From positions 1 to 64,000 of the forward strand of contig JBIPSI010000027.1 of NCBI GenBank assembly GCA_044070495.1: 64,000 bases of DNA. The letters run 5' to 3'. Both the position numbers and the translations under genes were made by a program. Within the stretch, counting starts at the first letter, position 1, and the number at the start of each line of letters is the position of its first letter. The notes beneath the pieces were generated by a model, which had not been told where the DNA came from, searched no databases, and saw only the letters and a list, made by a program, of their open reading frames with translations. Source of the DNA: Spirulina sp. Lineage in GTDB: Bacteria; Cyanobacteriota; Cyanobacteriia; Phormidesmidales; Phormidesmidaceae. Shown here in pieces: positions 51,424 through 61,277 of the stretch.

Positions 51424-52524
51424 TTACCCAGCGACCAATTCCCGCATCACCTCGGCCACGGGTACTAGCCGATCTCCTTGGCCGACGTGGCTGCCAGAAA
51501 ACACTAGGCCGTTCTCCACATCGCCCCGACAGGCCCGATCTAGGGCGCGGAGGATGCAGTAAGTTTCCCGTTTATCGCGGAATTTGCACACATGTAGGCA
51601 GTTGGCGAAGCACTGGTTTTTGGCCCCCGGCAGTTCCCCAGCAATCACCCGATCCACAAAGGGGGTGCGGAGGGCGCGTCCGGGTAAACCTACGGGACTG
51701 GGCACCAATACGACGTCCTCTGGATCGGCCTTGAGGTGAAATTCTTTGTAGCGGGGGTCGGCATCGCATTCCTCGGTGGTGATGAATCGGGTGCCAATTT
51801 GGACACCGCTGGCTCCTAGGGCAAGGGCCTTGACTAGGGTGTCATGGCTGTAGATGCCCCCGGCAGCAATCACGGGAATGGGGCGGTCGTAGGTGTCGGC
51901 GAGGTACTTGACCAGGGCGGGAATCACCGCTTCGGGGCTGATGGCGGGATCGCCCAATTCCTCGGCCTTGGCCCCCAAGTGCCCCCCGGCAGTCTGGGGA
52001 TTTTCCACCACAAAGGCATCGGGCAGGCGGTTAAAGTTGCGCTGCCACTTTTTGCAAACGACCTGGGCGGCCCGCACGCTGGAAATAATTGGTACTAGGG
52101 CCACATCGGGCCGATGGGCGGTGAAACCGGGTAGTCCTAGGGGTAGCCCTGCTCCAGAAATAATCAGGTTGGCTCCATGGTCGGCGGCGGTGGTGGCGAG
52201 GGTTTCGTAGTCTCGTGCCGCCACCATAATGTTGACGCCGATGATCCCCTGGGGACTGAGGGCGCGGGCCTTTTGCAGTTCGTCGATCAGGGCGAGGCGA
52301 TTGGCCTCGAAAAACTGTTCTTGGCGCTTTTTGGGGCTTTTCTCGTCAATATCAAAGTAGGGTGAGTTCATCCCTAGCCCCACCGCCGAAATAATGCCAA
52401 TTCCGCCAGCATTGGCCACTGCCGCTGCCAGGTTAGCACCAGAAATGCGGATACCCATACCGCCTTGGATAATCGGGAAAGGAACCGTGTGGACACCCAG
52501 GGTGAGCGAGGGAAGAGCAGTCAT
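51424..52524 (-). CDS. Nitronate monooxygenase family flavoprotein
   Basis: PIIQGGMG, AGGHLG, IAAGGI and GVQIGTRF motifs. Confidence 0.9.
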   Translation of the reverse strand: MTALPSLTLGVHTVPFPIIQGGMGIRISGANLAAAVANAGGIGIISAVGLGMNSPYFDIDEKSPKKRQEQFFEANRLALIDELQKARALSPQGIIGVNIMVAARDYETLATTAADHGANLIISGAGLPLGLPGFTAHRPDVALVPIISSVRAAQVVCKKWQRNFNRLPDAFVVENPQTAGGHLGAKAEELGDPAISPEAVIPALVKYLADTYDRPIPVIAAGGIYSHDTLVKALALGASGVQIGTRFITTEECDADPRYKEFHLKADPEDVVLVPSPVGLPGRALRTPFVDRVIAGELPGAKNQCFANCLHVCKFRDKRETYCILRALDRACRGDVENGLVFSGSHVGQGDRLVPVAEVMRELVAG

Positions 52525-52645
52525 ACGCAGTGGCAACCTCAAAAGACCGATAGGAACGTTGTAAAACGAAGTATTTATGGAGTTGGATGGGGTAAAGATC
52601 CCCTGCGGGAGCGACGCTGCCCACCCCAGTACAGCCGATGGTTAG

Positions 52646-52672
52646 AAAAAAGGGCACAAATCAATGTGCCCT
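52646..52672 (-). terminator. Intrinsic terminator upstream of the NMO gene
   Basis: AGGGCACA-loop-TGTGCCCT followed by a T-run on the minus strand. Confidence 0.65.
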
Positions 52673-52873
52673 ACGTAACCACGGAATGGGACTGACTGGA
52701 GGAGGGGGGTATGCGTATCCCCAAAGCCAATCAACTTTGTATAACTATTAAGCGATAAACCGATAAAAAGCAAGCCCCCTACTCAAAATGGGGAGTTACG
52801 TTTTTGGTAACCGTCCCGAATGGGGCAGAAATTTTGCGTAGGTTAGGGTCATAGAGCAGGGAGACCCCGAACG

Positions 52874-54265
52874 ATGAAATACCCACTCAGCCTTTGGTTA
52901 ACGCTTGGTACCGTCACCGCAACGTTGGCTCTGTCGGCGGCCAGTTTGCAAGCCATTGAACCGGGGGTGCCCCTGCCCGAAACGCCCCCCGCCGAGGCGG
53001 CACCTCCCTCCACCAGTCCCTCTAATCCGACGATTCCCCCGATGCCCCGACCACCGATAGATCCCTACGGCCAAGTGATTGAACGCACCAAGGCAATGGT
53101 GTCGGATCCCGTGGCCCAACGGCTGGCGGCGGCGCTGGATCTCAATATCCTCAACATCACCTGGGAGGACACGGGCCGTTTCTACGGGTCGGCGGTTGGC
53201 CCCAACATCAGCGACATGACCATTCAGGTGCAGCACCGAGATCCCCGTACTGGCGAATATCAGCTTCACCTCATGCCCGTGATTCGCCATCCCAACTTTG
53301 CCGATGTCACCGCCGATATCCCCCTGGAAAATTTCTTTGTGCGGGTGGGCAACGAAGATGGCCAAGCCCTGCGGCGGGTGGCCCTTTCCGAAGTATTGGG
53401 CAACCTGCGCGACTATCTGCACGAGCCGGACTCCTGGGAAGGGCGGCTGAATTCCCTCTTGTCACAGCGGGATAGCCATGTGTTGGTCAGTGCCCAGGCG
53501 GCGTTTCTGCCCATTCCCCAGGAAGGCAGCGCTACCTTCAACCCGGTGCTGTTCAACTACCAGTCCTACCCTGGCGACCCAGCTGTTCTCACCATTTTGG
53601 CCACACGGGAGGGCACCAGCATCACCGTCATCGACAACCAGCGCGACACCGTGGACGCAGGGCCAATGTGGGGGCAGCGCTTGTTTTTCAACCGCAACGG
53701 CGAACGAGCCAGCTTTACGGGCCAGCGATTGACCGACTTTGCAGCCCAGGCCGAAGCCTCTGGCCAGCGCGACCCCGACCTAGAAGCGGGCGGCGAAGGG
53801 ATGAACCTGGTGCTGCTGATTCAGGTGCCCCTCAAGCAACGGGAACCGATGAACCAATTTGGCGGCATCGGTCTGATGGACAACCTTTCCATGGCTGCAC
53901 CCCTACCCGCCCCCAGCATGGAGGCCTCCCGTGGCAGTAGCGATGTAGAGGCCGCCGTGATCGGCCATGGCCCTGTGGAAGGCCCTTTCACCGAAATTGA
54001 TGGCCTACCCATCGAGCGCGACCCCGATTATCCGATTCGGGTGACGGTACAGTTCTACAAAGCCACCAGCAACGGCGTCGTATCTGAGGCCGACATGGCC
54101 GAAATTCGCGACCAGATTGATCGCGTCTATGCCGAAGCTGATTACGTCGGTAGCCTAGTTGTCGATGGCCCCAGCGACCGCCCCACCGAACACGACGGCC
54201 CCCACCAAGAACCTGCCGACTGGTGGCAACGCTTCTGGGAACGCCAACGTCGCTGGTTGCGTTAG
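52874..54265 (+). CDS. Secreted conserved hypothetical protein
   Basis: 463-aa ORF with signal peptide and Pro-rich linker; host-like composition. Confidence 0.8.
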   Translation: MKYPLSLWLTLGTVTATLALSAASLQAIEPGVPLPETPPAEAAPPSTSPSNPTIPPMPRPPIDPYGQVIERTKAMVSDPVAQRLAAALDLNILNITWEDTGRFYGSAVGPNISDMTIQVQHRDPRTGEYQLHLMPVIRHPNFADVTADIPLENFFVRVGNEDGQALRRVALSEVLGNLRDYLHEPDSWEGRLNSLLSQRDSHVLVSAQAAFLPIPQEGSATFNPVLFNYQSYPGDPAVLTILATREGTSITVIDNQRDTVDAGPMWGQRLFFNRNGERASFTGQRLTDFAAQAEASGQRDPDLEAGGEGMNLVLLIQVPLKQREPMNQFGGIGLMDNLSMAAPLPAPSMEASRGSSDVEAAVIGHGPVEGPFTEIDGLPIERDPDYPIRVTVQFYKATSNGVVSEADMAEIRDQIDRVYAEADYVGSLVVDGPSDRPTEHDGPHQEPADWWQRFWERQRRWLR

Positions 54266-54396
54266 AAGCAGGTTCCGCTCAAGCCGGGACGCTACACTAG
54301 ACGCTAGAGCCATTGTCTCCCCTTTGCCCTAGCGTCTGGTTGCCTGGGGCGACTATCCTTGGACAAACTTTGGGCCAGTTATTCCTCGGTGAAATT

Positions 54397-55038
54397 GTGG
54401 TCAGCGTTATTCCCGCCAATCAAGTTTCAATCGGCCATCTGGAAGCGCGGTATGGCCTTCAAGAAGCCGCCCAGCCAGATTTTTTTACGGAATGGACGAC
54501 CGATCTGGCTTCCCTGACGGCATTAGAAACGCAGTATTTAGACCGGGTCAAAGCCCATTTCAAGCGTCTGCTCAAAAGCCCGCCCTTACTCGAAAACAGC
54601 GTCAAAATGGTGGTGCTCTCACCACTGTTAGATTTGGCCGGATTCTACGATGACCCGTTTCATCTGCAATCTGAGGTAGGGGTTGAGATCTTCACCGAGG
54701 AGAGCGGTGAGACGATTCGCGGCAGAATTGATGTGCTCGTCCTCAAAAATCGACTTTGGATTTTGGCCCTAGAAGCCAAACGCAGCGATTTTGATGTGAT
54801 GGTTGGAGTAGGGCAAGCACTGGCCTACCTGCTAGCGAATCCTGCGGCAGATCTTCCCGCCTTTGCTATGGTCAGCGATGGCCAGAATTTCCTATTTTTG
54901 AAACTCACCCAAACGCCCCAGCCCCAATACGCCCACTCTCGCCTATTTTCACTCATTAACCCCGGCAACGATCTCTATGCCGTGCTTCAGGTGATGAGGC
55001 GTCTTGGTCAGGTAATCATCGATGACGGGTGCGCCTAA
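54397..55038 (+). CDS. Stand-alone HsdR N-terminal-like PD-(D/E)xK protein
   Basis: PLLDLAGFY..GRIDVLVL..LEAKR..QALAY. Confidence 0.75.
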   Translation: MVSVIPANQVSIGHLEARYGLQEAAQPDFFTEWTTDLASLTALETQYLDRVKAHFKRLLKSPPLLENSVKMVVLSPLLDLAGFYDDPFHLQSEVGVEIFTEESGETIRGRIDVLVLKNRLWILALEAKRSDFDVMVGVGQALAYLLANPAADLPAFAMVSDGQNFLFLKLTQTPQPQYAHSRLFSLINPGNDLYAVLQVMRRLGQVIIDDGCA

Positions 55039-55057
55039 TCGATGTGATATTGCGCCG

Positions 55058-55285
55058 CTATTGAACTTGACTCAACTGCCCTAGCTCAACACTAACCGCA
55101 TCAAAGCGGTTGTCTCCGGGATGGTAGGAGAGAATTTCTATACCAATCGGCTCCCCGGTTGTTGAGTCTTTAATGAGAATAATGCCATCCCCAAGTTCGG
55201 CACTAATTTGCTCTTTGCGGGGTGGTTGCCAGAATACGGTAAGCAATTCTGTTTCTGGCTCGTAGAAAACTTTTACCTGTGCCAT
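55058..55285 (-). CDS. DUF2283-like antitoxin
   Basis: VKVFYEPE.ELL.V..GEPIGIEIL. Confidence 0.7.
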   Translation of the reverse strand: MAQVKVFYEPETELLTVFWQPPRKEQISAELGDGIILIKDSTTGEPIGIEILSYHPGDNRFDAVSVELGQLSQVQ

Positions 55286-55575
55286 ATCGACTCTCCTTCT
55301 TTGATTGCATCAGTTTGATAGGCCGTAATCAAAAATCCATCCCCATTTAATCGTCGTGCTACAGCTACAACCCAGCGTTTCTCGCTACGTGCTAGGTAGA
55401 ACAGCAGCACGCTATCATCTCGACTACTGCGGCGGATTTCATCGGGGTCTGCGAGGGCTTGCTGAACGAGTTCTTCCAGATCGGCGATGTCAGGATGCTT
55501 GATAAGTAGCCGCTGCCAGTAGTTTTCAGAGGTTCTAACGGTAAAGCCAAAAGGTGTAGCGATCTCGAACTTCAT
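55273..55575 (-). CDS. DUF4258/BrnT-like toxin
   Basis: KHP..L.DPDEIRRS..GFLITAY.TD.IKEG; overlaps the DUF2283-like gene. Confidence 0.65.
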   Translation of the reverse strand: MKFEIATPFGFTVRTSENYWQRLLIKHPDIADLEELVQQALADPDEIRRSSRDDSVLLFYLARSEKRWVVAVARRLNGDGFLITAYQTDAIKEGESIWHR

Positions 55576-55629
55576 GATCTCCTCCACCGCTTTACTCACA
55601 GGCTCTATACCTATTTTGTCTACTTTCAC

Positions 55630-56214
55630 TTAACTGTTTTCAAAATCGATATTCTCGTAAAGATCGGCGATTTGAATTTGTACGTCAATGGTGCTTAAGG
55701 TCAGAGTTACGGTTGGATCATCGTATTCCGAGAATAGCCACTGGTGGGCGTTGGTCTGCACGTAATGTTCTACATAAACTCGGTACTGATCGATTAATAG
55801 ATATTCACGAAAAGTAGGAATCGCACGATAGGCAACGAATTTTTCACTGCGATCATAATTCTGGGTTGATTTTGATAAAACTTCGGCAATAAAACAGGGA
55901 TTTATCACGGTATCTGTGCGGCCAGTTTGCAATTCTAGCGGTTTGGGTAGAACCATCACATCGGGATAGGTATAGATGTTTGCATCGGGAACCCAAAGTC
56001 TCTGATCTACATAGAACGTGCGATACTCTTTGCCTCTCAGGGCAGACTTTAAGAGGATATATAGATTGCCAGCAATATCATTATGATTAGGAGTACCGCC
56101 AGTCATCGGATTAATATCTCCATCTCGATATTCATTACGGATTTCTGAATTGACCTCAAGTTCAAGGTATTCTTCGGGTGCATAGATTTTCTTGGCTTCA
56201 GCTTGCATGATCAT
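55630..56214 (-). CDS. Uma2/DUF820 family endonuclease
   Basis: YTYPDVMV..EVLSKST..YDR.EKF..Y..IP...EY.LIDQ. Confidence 0.9.
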   Translation of the reverse strand: MIMQAEAKKIYAPEEYLELEVNSEIRNEYRDGDINPMTGGTPNHNDIAGNLYILLKSALRGKEYRTFYVDQRLWVPDANIYTYPDVMVLPKPLELQTGRTDTVINPCFIAEVLSKSTQNYDRSEKFVAYRAIPTFREYLLIDQYRVYVEHYVQTNAHQWLFSEYDDPTVTLTLSTIDVQIQIADLYENIDFENS

Positions 56215-56454
56215 GTTGGTCTTACCTCCAATGCCTCTAGCTGACTTTTAATCTAATCCGTTGCTGTCGCCTTGTCGGCCTCTACTGACTGTGCTACTTC
56301 TGCTTTCGCGATTTCTAGCTGTGGCTGTCACTGCTCTCTACAAGTATAGCCCTTAGCTTCTCGTTACCTAGAATGTTTGTGCGGCAAGCATTTTAATTAG
56401 TGTCCCACGTTAGAAGATCCATGCTATGGATTCAGTAGAACTTTCGTCTTAACG

Positions 56455-56543
56455 AGTTAACGTTCCCAATCACCCGCCGTAGATAACCTTGAATTCCCAA
56501 CAGATAACCTCTCGGCGGTCGGTATGCATTGGGGTTGTTATGC
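56455..56543 (-). other. Integron attC-like recombination site
   Basis: Minus strand GCATAAC-AACCCCAATGCATACCGACCGCCG...CGGCGGGTGATTGGGAAC-GTTAACT, just downstream of a TA pair. Confidence 0.7.
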
Positions 56544-56589
56544 CACGTTTCTCAACGGTGTAATCAAACAACCGCGTTATGATGCATCA

Positions 56590-56985
56590 TCACGGAATAA
56601 AAATCCGTCTTGCGCCCATATAGTTGGTAGTATAAATCGCAATTTCAACAATCCGATCAACACAACTATCTCGATAACTTGAATCGTTCAACACCCGATC
56701 AGCGTTGCCAATAGTCACCACTGGCAAAGAACCTGGAACATTTTCTTCGCGCATCACCTGCTCTAGCGAATCTTTATCTTTCATGCTGCGATTCGCGGTG
56801 AGCAGGATCATCTGGTTTTTCTGCGCTATCCTCCAAACAACTCTGTCGCTGCTGTCGATTGATAATCCCACCTCCTCAAACATAACGAAGCGAATGGGAA
56901 CAACATCAAGCCAACCTTGTCCAACAATGCTCCCAAGCAGAATCCGCGCATGTCCCTTCAAATTATGATCAATCAAAAAAATCAC
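56590..56985 (-). CDS. DUF5615-like PIN toxin
   Basis: FLIDHNL..SSDRVVWR.AQ..MILLTANR; GTG start overlaps the upstream stop. Confidence 0.75.
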   Translation of the reverse strand: MIFLIDHNLKGHARILLGSIVGQGWLDVVPIRFVMFEEVGLSIDSSDRVVWRIAQKNQMILLTANRSMKDKDSLEQVMREENVPGSLPVVTIGNADRVLNDSSYRDSCVDRIVEIAIYTTNYMGARRIFIP

Positions 56986-57356
56986 GACTGTAGCTGGTGA
57001 CGTGCCTTGGATGCCTGAAGCTTTTCCCATGCAGCTTCCAGCCCAGGCGGGGGAGGTAAGGTGGAAATTCGAGCAATACGCTCGCGATTCTGCTCTTCGT
57101 AGTATCGTCGAAGCTCTTCAGTTTCCTGGATCACTTGCTGATACTCAGCTTCGACTTCTGATCGGTGAGCCTCGATATAAGATAAGGCAGCGTTGAGCTG
57201 TTCTTCCGTAAGCTCGAACAGTCCCTGGATAAATTTAGGAGGGTATTGATCTATCACGTAGTCCATCACGTCATAAAGCGTGATCCGCGTGCCTACGATG
57301 GTCAGTCCCCGCTCTGTACGGATGATATCTGCTTGGCCGTTAGCCTCGGCAGTCAT
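56982..57356 (-). CDS. DUF433 antitoxin
   Basis: IIRTERGLTI.GTRITLYDVMDY..AL.YI..HR.EVEAEY. Confidence 0.85.
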   Translation of the reverse strand: MTAEANGQADIIRTERGLTIVGTRITLYDVMDYVIDQYPPKFIQGLFELTEEQLNAALSYIEAHRSEVEAEYQQVIQETEELRRYYEEQNRERIARISTLPPPPGLEAAWEKLQASKARHQLQS

Positions 57357-57575
57357 GGAACAGCCTCCTATAGCCTGCATTTATGATATCCCAAGCCGAA
57401 GTGAGGCGGCTCTTCTGGGTATATGGTGATAAGCCAAGCTGATATCTAGGCATGGCAAGGTTTTCCGCGCTTCTCAGGGTCGAAATCGTGTACTGTTATA
57501 CGGCTTCATTCATATATACGGCTTCATTCATAAACCCAGAGGAGCCCTACGGGGTAAGGCCCAAATCTTAAGGAA

Positions 57576-57641
57576 TTAACCCTCAAATCTGCTGGATAGT
57601 ACCCCAAAATTACGGTGTTATCCAGCAGATTTGAGGATTAA
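57576..57641. repeat. 28-bp inverted repeat hairpin with a third partial copy
   Basis: TTAACCCTCAAATCTGCTGGATAGTACC and GGTGTTATCCAGCAGATTTGAGGATTAA. Confidence 0.8.
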
Positions 57642-57795
57642 GCGTGGTAATTGAGGGTATTATCCAGCACTTTTGACGGAAAACACCCCTCCCATCGGGA
57701 TTATCTAGCACGAAGCTCAACCACTTGCTTAGTTAACGGTGGCCTAATTTCTTTCTTCAATCTCTGCACCTTAGATGTAGCGGTAGTAGGGTTTT

Positions 57796-58164
57796 CTAGG
57801 TGGTCGGTGCTGAGGCTAGGTCAATGCCTAACTCATCCAGCAGCCAGTTGGTCACCTGTTGCCGTTCGCCGGGGGTGAGGTAAAAGCGGCCTGTGTAGCG
57901 CAGGCGGTCGTTGATATCTTCTACGTCGGCCAGGGTAAACAGTCCGGCGGTGGTGGCGATGGTGCAAAGCACGTCATCCTGGCTTTGCTGGTCTAGCCCC
58001 CCGTGGCGATAGCGGGCGATGTGCTGGCCGAGTTTGTCGAAGTCGTAGCTTTCTTGGGCGAGGCGCTGTTTTTTGTGGTCGGGAATGGGTTCTCCGGCCA
58101 CAATTTTGGCGTAGTCCGTATCCAGCAGGTTGAGGTGGACGATCTTAGGGGGTTGCAAACTCAA
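57796..58164 (-). CDS. Conserved hypothetical protein
   Basis: AGAAGGAGG RBS before a TTG start; host-like composition. Confidence 0.7.
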   Translation of the reverse strand: MSLQPPKIVHLNLLDTDYAKIVAGEPIPDHKKQRLAQESYDFDKLGQHIARYRHGGLDQQSQDDVLCTIATTAGLFTLADVEDINDRLRYTGRFYLTPGERQQVTNWLLDELGIDLASAPTT

Positions 58165-58503
58165 ACGGCCTCCTTCTGCGTTAGGTATGTGGGCCGAACC
58201 CGCTTGGATGGGCGGCGGCGAGAGGTGCCCTAGGGAACGCGACGGGGTTTGATCTGGCTTGGGTATAGCATAGGCCAGGTTTTTCTGGAGGCTTTGATTC
58301 CGTTGGATATTTTTCAGAAAGGGATCGCTGCACGGGGATGGCTACGGTGCCGACTGTCCCAAGGCTCGGTGATCCCAGCCTTTAGCCGCCTCAAACCATA
58401 GATTCAGGGTGGGCCTAGGGATTCAATTTTCTCAACTAAAGATCCGTTGACAATCGGGCGAACAGCCTAGGGACTACTGCTAGAATTGGAAGACTGTCAA
58501 AAT

Positions 58504-58527
58504 AAAATGTTACGTAAATCACATTTT
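58504..58527. promoter_or_regulatory. CRP-family-like palindromic site upstream of ilvB
   Basis: AAAATGTTA-CGTAAA-TCACATTTT, a 9/10 match to TGTGA-N6-TCACA. Confidence 0.45.
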
Positions 58528-58582
58528 GATTCGATAATTTCTGCCTCTATCCCCTATCCTACATCCCCGATTCATCGCCGCC

Positions 58583-60430
58583 ATGACTACCCCTGTTGCG
58601 TCCCAAAGTGAAGTCCTTGTTCGCCGTGCTTCCGGGGCCTTTGCCCTGATTGATAGCCTAAAACGCCACGGGGTCAAGCATATTTTTGGCTATCCCGGTG
58701 GGGCTATCCTGCCCATTTACGACGAACTCTACCGGGCCGAAGCCGCTGGGGATATTGCCCACATTCTGGTGCGCCACGAGCAAGGGGCTGCCCACGCCGC
58801 CGATGGCTATGCCCGCGCTACGGGGCAGGTGGGGGTGTGCTTTGGCACCTCTGGGCCTGGGGCCACCAACTTGGTGACGGGCATTGCCACCGCCCAGATG
58901 GACTCGATTCCCCTGGTGGTGATCACGGGGCAGGTGCCGCGCCACGCCATCGGCAGCGATGCCTTCCAGGAAACCGATATCTACGGCATCACCCTGCCCA
59001 TTGTGAAGCATTCCTACGTGGCGCGGTCGCCCCAGCAGATTGCCCAAATGGTGGCCGAAGCCTTCTACATCGCCCGCACCGGACGCCCTGGCCCTGTGCT
59101 GGTGGATATTCCTAAGGATGTGGGCCTAGAGGAATTTGACTATATTCCCGTAGAGCCGGGTCGGGTGAACCTCACGGGCTATAAGCCCACCGTTAAGGGC
59201 AACCCTCGCCAAATTAATCCCGCCATTCGCCTACTGCGCCAGAGTGAGCGGCCTCTGCTCTATGTGGGCGGTGGGGCGATTACGGCGGGTGCCCACGCGG
59301 AAATTGCCAAGCTGGCGGAATATTTCCAAATTCCCGTCACCACGACCCTGATGGGCAAGGGAGCCTTCGACGAGCACCATCCCCTGTCGGTGGGCATGTT
59401 GGGGATGCACGGCACTGCCTACGCCAACTTTGCCGTCAGCGAGTGCGATCTGCTGATTGCGGTGGGTGCCCGCTTTGACGACCGAGTGACGGGCAAGCTG
59501 GATGAGTTTGCCTCCCGTGCCCAGGTGATTCACATTGATATTGACCCCGCCGAGGTGGGCAAAAACCGCACCCCCCAGGTGCCCATCGTGGGCGATGTGA
59601 AGCAGGTGTTGACGGATCTGCTGGAGCGTCTGGAAGCCGAGAACCAACTGCCTCCCCCCAACCAAACCGTGGCTTGGCGGGAGCGCATCAACCGCTGGCG
59701 GCAAGATTATCCCCTGGTGGTGCCCACCTACCCTGACATGCTGGCTCCCCAGGAAGTGATTACGGAACTCTGCCGTCAAGCGCCCCACGCCTATTACACC
59801 ACCGACGTGGGTCAGCACCAGATGTGGGCAGCGCAGTTCCTCAAAAATGGCCCCCGTCAGTGGGTGTCTAGTGCGGGCTTGGGCACCATGGGCTTTGGCA
59901 TGCCAGCGGCCATGGGCGTGCAGGTGGCGCTACCCAACGACACGGTAATCTGCATCAGTGGCGATGCCAGCTTCCAGATGAACCTGCAAGAACTCGGCAC
60001 CCTGGCCCAGTATCACATCCCCGTCAAAACCGTGATTGTGAACAATGGCTGGCAGGGGATGGTGCGCCAGTGGCAGCAAGCCTTCCACGGCGAGCGCTAC
60101 TCCTCTTCTAATATGGAAGTGGGGATGCCCGACTTTGAACTGCTGGCTCGCGCCTACGGCATTAAGGGCATCGTCGTCCACGACCGCAACCAACTCAGCG
60201 AAGCCGTGGCCACCATGCTGGCCCACGATGGCCCCGTGCTGATGGATGTGCATGTGCGCCGCGACGAAAACTGCTACCCCATGGTGGCCCCCGGCAAGGG
60301 CAACCACCAAATGCTCGGTTTGCCGGAGGTGGCTTCGGATGCTGCCGCTGCCGACCTGAAGTGTGGTCAGTGTGGCCATGAGAACGCCCAGGATAGCCAC
60401 TTCTGCTCCCAGTGCGGCACCAAGCTCTAG
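58583..60430 (+). CDS. ilvB: Acetolactate synthase large subunit
   Basis: [19 protein letters not shown] and [17 protein letters not shown] motifs; C-terminal Zn ribbon. Confidence 0.96.
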   Translation: MTTPVASQSEVLVRRASGAFALIDSLKRHGVKHIFGYPGGAILPIYDELYRAEAAGDIAHILVRHEQGAAHAADGYARATGQVGVCFGTSGPGATNLVTGIATAQMDSIPLVVITGQVPRHAIGSDAFQETDIYGITLPIVKHSYVARSPQQIAQMVAEAFYIARTGRPGPVLVDIPKDVGLEEFDYIPVEPGRVNLTGYKPTVKGNPRQINPAIRLLRQSERPLLYVGGGAITAGAHAEIAKLAEYFQIPVTTTLMGKGAFDEHHPLSVGMLGMHGTAYANFAVSECDLLIAVGARFDDRVTGKLDEFASRAQVIHIDIDPAEVGKNRTPQVPIVGDVKQVLTDLLERLEAENQLPPPNQTVAWRERINRWRQDYPLVVPTYPDMLAPQEVITELCRQAPHAYYTTDVGQHQMWAAQFLKNGPRQWVSSAGLGTMGFGMPAAMGVQVALPNDTVICISGDASFQMNLQELGTLAQYHIPVKTVIVNNGWQGMVRQWQQAFHGERYSSSNMEVGMPDFELLARAYGIKGIVVHDRNQLSEAVATMLAHDGPVLMDVHVRRDENCYPMVAPGKGNHQMLGLPEVASDAAAADLKCGQCGHENAQDSHFCSQCGTKL

Positions 60431-60742
60431 TTTGTTTAGGCAATCCCTCGAAGCCAACTGCTTCACACTAAGGACGTAATTTCCTAAGTCTCTGCCCCAG
60501 CCCGATCCCACTTGGATTGGGCTGGGGTTTAGCTATGGGCTGAGAGCGACGAATACCAAATCCGAATGCACCATCCTGATTGCCCATCCGACCAACCGTA
60601 GGGACGAGGTCTCCTCGCCCGCTGATACTGGGGCTAAGCAAGTCGCATTCAGGATAAGACGGGGGTTTTTGGCGAACCATAGCCCAGTTTTCAAAGAATG
60701 CAGTATCCTAGCCTCAGTTCTTTTCTGTGGTGTGGGTTGTCT

Positions 60743-61246
60743 ATGTCTGCCGCGCTGAAATCCTACGTTCCCCGGCCCTTACCCTCCTCGGCAGCTCACC
60801 CGTCCCAGCGACGTCCGACCGCCTCTGCCACCGTGGGGGTGTTGCGCCCCCTCAAAGCTGGATCGGTCAAAGCCCTACCCGTAGCCACAGCCCACAGCCC
60901 CCTGCGGCGCACCTTGGCGCAGATTCATTTGGTGTCCTCGGTGCTGGCGGCCTCCTTGGTGAGCCTCACTCTGGTGGGTTATGGCACGTCGGTATATGTG
61001 GATCGCCAGTTGGCTCAGGCCACGAATCGCCTCAGTCAACTTCAGCGCAGCGAGCAACAACTCACCACCGCCAACGCCATTTTGACCCGCCACATGGCCC
61101 AACAGGCCGAAGACCCCGCTGCTGGCCTCCAGCCCCCCAAGCCCGATCAGGTGATTTTCCTGCAACCCGCCCCCCAGCGTCCGGCCCAGGTAGTTGAAGA
61201 ACCCGCCGCTCCTCCAACCCAGGCCACCCGTCCCCTAGGCTATTGA
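60743..61246 (+). CDS. FtsL-like cell division protein
   Basis: TM segment plus short coiled coil directly upstream of ftsI. Confidence 0.6.
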   Translation: MSAALKSYVPRPLPSSAAHPSQRRPTASATVGVLRPLKAGSVKALPVATAHSPLRRTLAQIHLVSSVLAASLVSLTLVGYGTSVYVDRQLAQATNRLSQLQRSEQQLTTANAILTRHMAQQAEDPAAGLQPPKPDQVIFLQPAPQRPAQVVEEPAAPPTQATRPLGY

Positions 61247-61277
61247 TTCGGTTGCCCCTTCGCTGATCCGTTTTGCC

